From Lachnospiraceae bacterium (GTDB lineage: Bacteria > Bacillota > Clostridia > Lachnospirales > Lachnospiraceae), in the NCBI GenBank assembly GCA_016291655.1, contig JAEEYF010000089.1, positions 40,197-104,196 on the forward strand: DNA of 64,000 bases, read 5' to 3'. The notes under the pieces are model-generated. The model was not told the origin of the DNA, did not search any database, and worked only from the letters and a program-made list of their open reading frames with translations. A program made the position numbers and the translations under genes. This document shows, piece after piece, positions 57,301 to 64,000 of this stretch. The first letter of the stretch is position 1, and every line of letters starts with the position of its first letter.

Positions 57301-57750
57301 GCGATAAAGAAGGAGTTCAAACCCTCAGGCCTTGTCAATGAGGATCAGACTATCGTAAAAAGTCTCGATCATGCATTCGGAGAACAGGGAGAGGAGATAC
57401 GCGGCAAAGTTTCTTCTTACAAGATCCCGGTAGAGACCAACACAAAGAAAAACAATTCAAGTGAGCCTCCGGCTTACAGTGCGCACTCGGCCGTAATATC
57501 CGAGAAAAACCTGAGGATGCTGATGGAATATGCCGTTGATAAAATGGGATCCGGAGCACGGGAGATCATGGCGGGAAAAACAGCCAAGACACCCGTAAAA
57601 GACAAGGACAGCAGTGCATGCAAATATTGTGATTTTAAGAGTGTATGCGGCTTTGATCCAAAAAACGGAGACAAAGAAAAACGGCTTAAGAAGATGGACG
57701 GGGAAGAACTGCTGGAGAAGATGACCAAAGGAGAAACGGAAAATGGCTGA
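54370..57750 (+). CDS. addB: ATP-dependent helicase/deoxyribonuclease subunit B (AddB/RexB)
   Basis: N-terminal Walker A GPAGSGKT. C-terminal RecB-like nuclease with Fe-S cysteines (CPFKHF...CKYCDFKSVCGFD). RBS GGGAGGG before the ATG at 54370. Confidence 0.9.
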   Translation: MSLRPILGPAGSGKTKKLFETAIKEAEKNPETTYYFLVPEQFSLRTQYDLLSVHPQGGILNIDVTSLARLANAAFAKLSGMKHEFIPEIGKSMIIKKVLNDNSEKLVMYGRNSRHTGFVAEAKALLSELLQYGVTEEDLKDCMERAGNEPVLQRKLKDVITLISGFKTCLGDRLLTNESMYDAFAAILEKSGLARNAVFILDGFTGFTPSQNGILREFLRLGKDVWVSFTIDEAASKAVLPEYDLYHMSAEALRKLTELAEEVGCDVKAPVYTNHNKYETETLHRLERGLFRHGNKKVPAGDSLVIYNASNIEEETKRAAAEIERLVRKEGYRYSDIAIVCGDMDLYGERMCNELDVIRAHYFHDRKKTLHENECSGFLEIVLKLMEKGADTELLIAYAKNSLSGIVYDDACLLENYCAAFGTKGGSFSREFKREFYGRQDISLEHVNEVRKQIMSELSGMLKVKKNKARVFSDKVLAFLEKLGVEEKLKKIAEDFEQKEEYLKAKEYAGVYEALREILDQSVEFLGDAEMTSSEYRGLIEAGLSEAKVGLVPHGSDNIIIGDIERTRLSRVKALFLLGANENKLPKPSGGHGIISDNDKKSLLSKGIELSPSHLKKVGNDKFYIYLTLTKPTSRLWISYPSLSGSERVKPAAVLNEIAELYTDLKPIRREDLDPVTGVLENDLGLRMLLAEERRENEHRIKTTDYVPETISAAEAEGLYGKTLTGSISRLETFANCPFKHFLSYGLGIEKKASYRLESSDFGEISHAALEMYGRAVRESGRDWVSIPDDEREKLIAECAFNAVNDHKKGVFKDTSKNKYIADRIRDVLTLTVEMFTEQLKDTDFRPYAFEQKFKVPGDRFILNGKIDRIDVCDTENLKAVKVVDYKSGSHRFDPEKLYYGLSLQLPTYLNVATEMMSPGIKGIEGMKASERVKLKTQRPEGYRPAAMLYDIINDPVLDNTGKPSDDSEEVRAAVREAIKKEFKPSGLVNEDQTIVKSLDHAFGEQGEEIRGKVSSYKIPVETNTKKNNSSEPPAYSAHSAVISEKNLRMLMEYAVDKMGSGAREIMAGKTAKTPVKDKDSSACKYCDFKSVCGFDPKNGDKEKRLKKMDGEELLEKMTKGETENG

Positions 57751-60700
57751 CATTAAACTTACACCTGCACAGCAACAGGTTGTGGATGCAAGAGACTGTT
57801 CTCTTTTGGTGGCCGCGGCTGCGGGCTCCGGAAAAACGGCAGTTCTTGTCAGAAGGATAATAGACAGGATAAGGAGCGGACAGACCTCTCTGGACCGCCT
57901 TATTATTGTGACCTTTACCAATGCCGCAGCGGCTGAGATGAAGGAAAGGATCGGAAAGGCACTGAGGGAAGAAGCTGACAAAAACCCGGAGGTAAAAAGG
58001 TTTAAAGAGCAACTGGCACTTCTTTCGGAAGCAAAGATATCGACCATAGACAGCTTTTGCAATTCGATAGTCAGGGAGAATTTTCAGGCGTTGGGAATAG
58101 ATCCCGGCTTTTCGATCATGGAGCCGGTAGAAAACGAGCTCATTATGGCGGATGTGCTCGAAGAACTTTTTGAGGAGGAATATGAGAAGCAGTCGGAGGA
58201 TTTCATGACCCTTGTGTCTTCTTACGGAGCATACAAGGATGACGACGGCGTAAAAAAGCTGGTCATCGATCTGGCAAGATTTGCGGATAACGAACCGCGT
58301 CCCACCGAATGGCTTGAAAACTGCATTTCCGACTTTGACAAGGCTGAGCATCCCGAATTGGTGAAAAACATTCTTTTTGAATACAAGCGGGTCCTGAAGG
58401 ACATCCTAAAACTCTGCGAACATTGCATAGAGCTCTGTGAAGCCGAAAGCGGGCTGCCTTCCGCAACCAAGAATTTTATCGCGGACAGGGAGATGCTTAA
58501 GGAACTTTTAGAAAATTCAGGGGATTTTGACACTGCGGTGAGAGGGATCAATGCCGCTTCTTTGGGAAGGTTTTCTGCGGCAACCAAGCTTTCGGATGAG
58601 GAAGCGATACTCAAGGATAAGGTCATGAACATCAGAAACGGCTACAAAAAAGCTCTTAAAGATGTCAGAGACACTTACTTTTTCGATACCCTCGAAAAGG
58701 CCGAGGAAACATATGCAAAGACGCGCCCTGCCGTGTCTGCGCTTGTACGCATCACCCTCGAGTTTATGAAAAGGGTTGATGAGACAAAGAGAGAAAAGAG
58801 CAGTTTTTCTTTTTCCGATATCGAGCATATGGCATTTAGGATACTGTGCGAGAGGGACAAGGACGGGAATGAAGGCCCCACGGCGGTAGCGAGGGAGCTG
58901 GCCAAGGGCTTTGACGAGATAATGATAGACGAGTATCAGGATTCCAGCTACATTCAGGAGTATATGCTTAAAAGCATATCCGGAGAGTACGGGGAAGGGA
59001 TACCCAACCTTTTTATGGTCGGAGATGTAAAGCAGAGCATTTACAGCTTCCGTCAGGCAAGACCGGAGCTTTTTCAAAAGAAATACGATTATTTTAAAGA
59101 TGCGGGAGCGCATAGGAAGATAGATCTGTCCGAGAATTTCCGAAGCAGAAAGAGCGTGCTGGATGCGGTAAACGTGCTGCTGGCGCCGGTAATGAAAAAA
59201 GATATGACCGAGATAGAGTATGACGGTGCGGCTGCGTTGCATTTCGGTTCGACGGTGTACACCGAGGACGATCCGAAGAATCCTGTGTACAACACCGAGG
59301 TGATACTGATCGACAGGGAGCTTTCGGATGGAACGGAGGAAGATGAGACCGATGAAGAAGAGCCTGAAGAAAGCATAGCGGAGGGGAGACCCAATGACAT
59401 AGAAAGAGAAGCCCTGACGGTAGCAAAGAAGATAAGGGAGATGATAGATTCGGGCTTTCTTGTCTCCGACGGAAAAACCGAAGCGGGAGAAAAAAAGACA
59501 AGACCCGTGCGCCCCGGTGATTTTGCGGTGCTAACAAGAAACGGCAAACAGACCACAGAGATATTCGTGAAGCAGTTGAGCAAGCTGAGGCTTCCTGCGG
59601 TAGCAGAAACGGGAACGGGTTTCTTTGCGGCGGTGGAGATCAGGAAAACACTTGCTTTTCTCAGGATACTTGATAATCCTTATGATGACATATCTTTTGC
59701 AGCGGCGCTCTACTCCCCCTATGCGGAGTTCACCGCTTCGGATCTGGCGGAGCTGAAGATACGTTACGGCAAAACTCAGAAGCAGGGAAAGAAAAAGCTG
59801 CTCTATGAATGCCTTCTAACCGCGATGGAAGATGAAGAGGCCAATGATGCGCTCAGCGTAAAGATCCGGGAATTCATGGAGATCCTTTTTTCTATGCGCG
59901 CTTTGAATGAGACGCTCACGGTGCATGAACTGATCAAAGCCTTTTATAAAATAACAAATTACAAGAACACGGTCACTTCTCAGCCCGGAGGCGAAAACAG
60001 AAGGGGAAACCTCGATCTGCTTGTGATGATCGCGGAGAAATATGAGAAGAGTTCTTTTGCGGGACTTCATGACTTTATCCGTTATATCGATCGACTGAAC
60101 GAAAATAACAGTGATTTCGGAGAAGCGGACACGGAAGGCACCGGAGATGCGGTGAAGGTTACAACCATGCACAGATCAAAAGGCCTCGAATATCCGATAG
60201 TATTTGTATGCCGTCTGTCCAAGGAATTCAATCAAAGGAGTTCGAGAGAGAATGTGATGCTTGATCGGGAACTGGGCATAGGCTCGAACTTTGTGGACAG
60301 GAAAAAGAGGATAAAGTCCAAAACTCTAAAACAGGTGTTTTTGCAGAAAAGGGAAAGACAAAAGAGCCTGTCTGAAGAACTCCGCATATTGTACGTTGCT
60401 CTGACGCGTGCAAAGGAAAAGCTGTTTATAGTGGCATCGGAGAAGAAACCCGCGGAAGCAATGAAAAAGTGGAATAATACGCTGATCGTGAATGAGAGCC
60501 CGACCTATCTGGATCTTAAAGGCAGCAAGAGCTTTATGGATTTTGTGGGAGCAACTCTGTTCAGCGGTCTTTTCGCTGCGGACATAGAAGAACTGGACGA
60601 GGGAAAGGAAAAGAATATCACCGTAACACGACATGCGGGAAAGGAAAAATATGCCGCAGGTTTCGGGCTCAGGCTTGTACGATACGATGAGAAGTCCGCC

Positions 60701-61522
60701 AAGGAGTTGGCCGAGCAGACTCCGGCCGGGAAAACGGAAAGATTTAAGAAGGTGACCGTTAGGAGCTTTACGGATGCGCCGGGAGTCAGAGAGGAGATCA
60801 GGGCGCAGAGCGAGTTTGTCTATCCGGGAGAGGAGAAAGCAAAGGCACCCATGCGAGTGTCCGTATCGGCTCTTAAGCATATTGAGATAGAGAACCTCAT
60901 GAAGCGGGAGGAACGTGAAGAAGAGTTTACACCCTTACTTAAGGGTATGCCCGACGAAAGCGGGAAGGACGGAGTTTCTGCGGGAGCTGCCAGAGGAACC
61001 CTTTATCACGAGGTATTTGAAAAGCTTCGCTACGAGGGAGATTACAGCTCGAAGGAAAAAGCAAAACAAAGCGTTCGGGAAGACATAGAGGGACTGATCG
61101 CCGAACAGTTTTTGGAAAAAGATATTACTAAAACCGTGTCCGTCAATGATATAGCCGAATTCTGCATGAGCGGTATCGGAAAGAGGATGATCGGGGCGTG
61201 CAAGAAGGGAAAACTCAGAAGAGAGCAGCCTTTTGTATACGGTCTTTCTCCCGAGGAATACAGGCATTATTCAAAGACCGAAGAGGAAACCGACATGGTC
61301 ATGGTGCAGGGTATCATAGATGCCTATATCGATGATGAGGACGGTATAACTCTGGTTGACTATAAGACGGACAAGGTGTACGGAAATGCTGCAGAGGAGC
61401 TGGTCACAAAATACAGGGTTCAGCTGGAACTTTATGCAAAAGCGCTGGAAAGGATCACCGGAAAGAAAGTTAAGGAAAAGGTGATCTATTCGGTTTCTGC
61501 GGGCATTGACATTTATTTGTAG
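57743..61522 (+). CDS. addA: ATP-dependent helicase/nuclease subunit A (AddA/RexA)
   Basis: UvrD-like helicase motifs (AAAGSGKT, DEYQDS). C-terminal RecB nuclease (GIIDAYIDDEDGITLVDYKTD). Overlaps addB by 8 nt. Confidence 0.93.
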   Translation: MADIKLTPAQQQVVDARDCSLLVAAAAGSGKTAVLVRRIIDRIRSGQTSLDRLIIVTFTNAAAAEMKERIGKALREEADKNPEVKRFKEQLALLSEAKISTIDSFCNSIVRENFQALGIDPGFSIMEPVENELIMADVLEELFEEEYEKQSEDFMTLVSSYGAYKDDDGVKKLVIDLARFADNEPRPTEWLENCISDFDKAEHPELVKNILFEYKRVLKDILKLCEHCIELCEAESGLPSATKNFIADREMLKELLENSGDFDTAVRGINAASLGRFSAATKLSDEEAILKDKVMNIRNGYKKALKDVRDTYFFDTLEKAEETYAKTRPAVSALVRITLEFMKRVDETKREKSSFSFSDIEHMAFRILCERDKDGNEGPTAVARELAKGFDEIMIDEYQDSSYIQEYMLKSISGEYGEGIPNLFMVGDVKQSIYSFRQARPELFQKKYDYFKDAGAHRKIDLSENFRSRKSVLDAVNVLLAPVMKKDMTEIEYDGAAALHFGSTVYTEDDPKNPVYNTEVILIDRELSDGTEEDETDEEEPEESIAEGRPNDIEREALTVAKKIREMIDSGFLVSDGKTEAGEKKTRPVRPGDFAVLTRNGKQTTEIFVKQLSKLRLPAVAETGTGFFAAVEIRKTLAFLRILDNPYDDISFAAALYSPYAEFTASDLAELKIRYGKTQKQGKKKLLYECLLTAMEDEEANDALSVKIREFMEILFSMRALNETLTVHELIKAFYKITNYKNTVTSQPGGENRRGNLDLLVMIAEKYEKSSFAGLHDFIRYIDRLNENNSDFGEADTEGTGDAVKVTTMHRSKGLEYPIVFVCRLSKEFNQRSSRENVMLDRELGIGSNFVDRKKRIKSKTLKQVFLQKRERQKSLSEELRILYVALTRAKEKLFIVASEKKPAEAMKKWNNTLIVNESPTYLDLKGSKSFMDFVGATLFSGLFAADIEELDEGKEKNITVTRHAGKEKYAAGFGLRLVRYDEKSAKELAEQTPAGKTERFKKVTVRSFTDAPGVREEIRAQSEFVYPGEEKAKAPMRVSVSALKHIEIENLMKREEREEEFTPLLKGMPDESGKDGVSAGAARGTLYHEVFEKLRYEGDYSSKEKAKQSVREDIEGLIAEQFLEKDITKTVSVNDIAEFCMSGIGKRMIGACKKGKLRREQPFVYGLSPEEYRHYSKTEEETDMVMVQGIIDAYIDDEDGITLVDYKTDKVYGNAAEELVTKYRVQLELYAKALERITGKKVKEKVIYSVSAGIDIYL

Positions 61523-61530
61523 GTTGCAAA

Positions 61531-62283
61531 ATGGATGACGATCTTATTTTAAAAAGGCTTAAGGATCTTTCCAAGAGATCCTATAACAACAACACTTTCG
61601 AGTTCAGTGATTTCCTTACGGTACAGGAGCAGGATGAGCTGGATCTCAATAGATCTGTATTTGCGGGAAGCAGGTTCAGGCTTTTCGGAGGATATAAACT
61701 TGCAGAGCGCCGAATGGTGCGTTTCGGGGATGAGGAGGAATTCGGCTACAATGTGGAATTCCCCATCTCCTGCATAGAGATTTCCCCGGTTTCCGAAAAG
61801 TTTGCAAAGGCATATACACACAGGGATTTTTTGGGGGCTCTCATGAGTCTCGGACTTGAAAGACGGATATTTGGTGATATAATCGTAAAGGATAAATGCG
61901 CTTATCTGTTCTGTGAGGAGCGGTTTGCCTCCTTCATATGCGATAATCTGGTTTCTGTGGGACGGAATCCCGTTCATTGTGAGATATGTTTGTTTCCCGA
62001 GGAAAATGTAAAGAAGGAAAGAGAGAAGATATCGGTTCAGGTAAATTCACCGAGAGCCGATGCGGTGGTCGCCAAGGTATGCAGGCTATCCAGAGGAGCG
62101 GTGCTGCCGCTGTTTATGCAAAAGCATGTGATACTTAACGGGCAGACGCTGGAAAACAAGGACAAGGCTCTTAAGGAGGGAGACATATTCTCCGTTCGGG
62201 GCTACGGCAAATTTGTTGTGGGAGAGAGTACGGGGCTCAGCAGAAAAGGAAAGGAAAACGTAAACATCTACAAATACATGTAG
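61531..62283 (+). CDS. ylmH: YlmH-like RNA-binding S4-domain protein
   Basis: 250-aa protein of YlmH architecture with a C-terminal S4-like domain (RADAVVAKVCRLSRGAVLPLFMQKHVILNGQ). Confidence 0.7.
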   Translation: MDDDLILKRLKDLSKRSYNNNTFEFSDFLTVQEQDELDLNRSVFAGSRFRLFGGYKLAERRMVRFGDEEEFGYNVEFPISCIEISPVSEKFAKAYTHRDFLGALMSLGLERRIFGDIIVKDKCAYLFCEERFASFICDNLVSVGRNPVHCEICLFPEENVKKEREKISVQVNSPRADAVVAKVCRLSRGAVLPLFMQKHVILNGQTLENKDKALKEGDIFSVRGYGKFVVGESTGLSRKGKENVNIYKYM

Positions 62284-62306
62284 TTTTTGGATTTACAGAC
62301 AGAGGA

Positions 62307-63689
62307 ATGGCAGAAGAAAAAAGACTCCCGACATCGGGAGAAAAAATGTATAAAAAAATGACGGAAACACCGGTATCCGCGCTTGTGATCACGCTGGGCA
62401 TACCAACCACCATCAGTATGCTTGTAACGAGTGTATATAATATGGCGGATACTTATTTTGTAAGTGAGGAAGGAAACAGTGCATCCGGTGCGGTTGGAGT
62501 GGTCTTCGGTCTTATGGCCGTGATCCAGGCATTCGGATTCATGTTCGGACAAGGCTCGGGAGTTGTGGCTTCCAAAGCGTTGGGGGCAAGAGACCGGGAC
62601 AGGGCATACAGAAGTGATTCCACCGGCTTTACCCTGGCATTAATGGTGGGAGCGCTGATAAGCATTATCGGACTTGTGTTTTTGGATCCCGTGATGAGGC
62701 TTCTCGGAAGTACCGAAACCATTCTTCCCTATGCGAGGGATTATTCGATCTTCATCCTTATCGCCTCGCCGGTGATGTGTGCCAGCTGTGTACTTAACAA
62801 TATCCTTCGTTTTGAAGGAAAGGCTTTTTATTCCATGATCGGACTCTGCACGGGAGCGGGACTGAACATATTCGGAGACTGGCTTCTTATCCACCGGATG
62901 GGAATGGGCGTAAAAGGAGCGGGTATTGCAACCGCGATCTCTCAGTGCATCAGTTTTTGCCTGCTGCTGATCCCGTTCCTTATCGGTAAAAGCGAAGGAA
63001 AGCTCAGACTCAGATCCGTTACTCTTACCTTTAAAATGATAGGGGATATATGCAAAACAGGTCTTGCAAGCCTTATAAGGCAAGGCCTTGCCAGTCTGTC
63101 CACCATGCTTTTGAACAATTGCGCAAAGAAATACGGAGATGCTGCGGTGGCGGCAATGTCCATAGTCAATCGTGTATGCTTCTTTACTTTTGCGACTGCT
63201 CTGGGCATCGGTCAGGGATTTCAGCCCGTATGCTCGTTTAACTTCGGGGCAAAGAGATATGACAGGGTCAGGAAGGCATATACTTTTACGTTCATTGTGG
63301 GTGAGATACTTTTGGGAGTTGCGGCGATCGTTGGCTTTTTCCTTTCGGACCGTATCATTGCGATTTTCCGCGACGATCCCGAAGTTGTCCGGATCGGGAC
63401 AACTGCTCTCGCCGCTCAGTTTATCGGCCAGCTGTTTCAGCCGTTGACGGTTTGTTCAAATATGCTTTTCCAAAGCGTTGGAAAGAGCTTTATGGCAAGC
63501 GCGGTATCGGTCTGCAGAAACGGGTTGTGCTTTATACCGGTTTTGCTGCTTCTGACAGCCACGCTGGGACTGCCGGGAGTCCAGTATTCGCAGGCGATAG
63601 CGGATGTATTGACATTCTTTGTGGTAGCGCCCTTCGGTCTCAGATATGTTAACGAATTGAAGAAAATGGAACAACAAAAGACAGTGTAA
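62307..63689 (+). CDS. MATE-family multidrug/oligosaccharidyl-lipid efflux transporter
   Basis: 12-TM MatE repeats. The ATG at 62346 is an alternative start. Confidence 0.85.
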   Translation: MAEEKRLPTSGEKMYKKMTETPVSALVITLGIPTTISMLVTSVYNMADTYFVSEEGNSASGAVGVVFGLMAVIQAFGFMFGQGSGVVASKALGARDRDRAYRSDSTGFTLALMVGALISIIGLVFLDPVMRLLGSTETILPYARDYSIFILIASPVMCASCVLNNILRFEGKAFYSMIGLCTGAGLNIFGDWLLIHRMGMGVKGAGIATAISQCISFCLLLIPFLIGKSEGKLRLRSVTLTFKMIGDICKTGLASLIRQGLASLSTMLLNNCAKKYGDAAVAAMSIVNRVCFFTFATALGIGQGFQPVCSFNFGAKRYDRVRKAYTFTFIVGEILLGVAAIVGFFLSDRIIAIFRDDPEVVRIGTTALAAQFIGQLFQPLTVCSNMLFQSVGKSFMASAVSVCRNGLCFIPVLLLLTATLGLPGVQYSQAIADVLTFFVVAPFGLRYVNELKKMEQQKTV

Positions 63690-63691
63690 AG

Positions 63692-63728
63692 AAAAGCCGC
63701 AGGTTTGAAACCTGCGGTTGATTTTTTA
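63692..63728. terminator. Bidirectional intrinsic terminator
   Basis: aaaagccgcaggtttgaaacctgcggttgatttttt. Confidence 0.8.
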
Positions 63729-63989
63729 GAATACATATAACAGATAGCTTATTAAGCCTTCGACAAAAGCCGACACCAAAAGCCCTATTCCGAAGCAGGC
63801 GAGATAGGCGGCATAAACCTTCATTTGCCGGATCAGCGCCGTCCAAGTGAAGGATATGGTCTTGTAGTGGATGATGATGGAGGCAAGCCCCACACCCAGC
63901 GACCAAAGAACAAGCGCTTTATATTCAGAAGGAGTGAAGATCCCTTTACTTGAAAAGAAAATCAGTGAGAACAACAAAGGGATCAACAT
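63726..63989 (-). CDS. Small membrane protein, possibly N-terminally incomplete at the window edge
   Basis: Two or three TM helices; no domain recognised. The gene may extend beyond position 64000. Confidence 0.3.
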   Translation of the reverse strand: MLIPLLFSLIFFSSKGIFTPSEYKALVLWSLGVGLASIIIHYKTISFTWTALIRQMKVYAAYLACFGIGLLVSAFVEGLISYLLYVF

Positions 63990-64000
63990 TCCGAGTACAG

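Overview
This is a chromosomal segment of about 48% GC from a monoderm Firmicute of class Clostridia (Lachnospiraceae-like). Supporting signs are LAGC/LTGC lipoboxes, Pro/Thr-rich linkers, ECF transporters, an AddAB rather than RecBCD end-resection system, and GGAGG ribosome-binding sites. Housekeeping genes: uvrA (3' part) and uvrB, guaA, pgi, NAD-malic enzyme, D-lactate dehydrogenase, pssA, psd, and addB-addA-ylmH. Accessory and envelope modules: (i) a cobalamin-riboswitch-controlled operon encoding two DUF4430 surface proteins (one with a full transcobalamin/intrinsic-factor-like architecture) plus an ECF transporter (EcfT, fused EcfAA', S component). (ii) An FMN riboswitch upstream of a ribU-GIY-YIG operon. 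(iii) A GntR-ABC-permease-permease (ytrABCD-like) operon. (iv) An OmpR-type two-component system. (v) An envelope-stress-like neighbourhood: a TPM-domain protein, a zinc-ribbon membrane protein, a polytopic membrane protein coupled to a soluble HisKA_3 kinase and a NarL-type regulator, and an SPFH protein with three C-terminal zinc ribbons (COG4260/YdjI-like). (vi) A stand-alone WYL-domain regulator. (vii) An operon of a MotA/TolQ/ExbB-like channel, a TolR/ExbD-like protein with a long coiled coil, and a small membrane-anchored protein. This last operon is a Tol/Ton-like stator module in a monoderm and is the most unusual candidate system in the window. Non-coding features include a regular array of 36-bp palindromic repeats with 26-bp spacers between guaA and pgi (CRISPR-like, no cas genes), at least six copies of a GGGGACGGGGTT(A/G)TGGTGTCA inverted-repeat family in intergenic regions (one bounding a 283-bp MITE-like element), a palindrome-rich block upstream of the malic enzyme gene, and several strong intrinsic terminators. 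No rRNA, tRNA, transposase, integrase or phage genes were seen. Many ORFs in the six-frame track are antisense shadows of real genes and were ignored.
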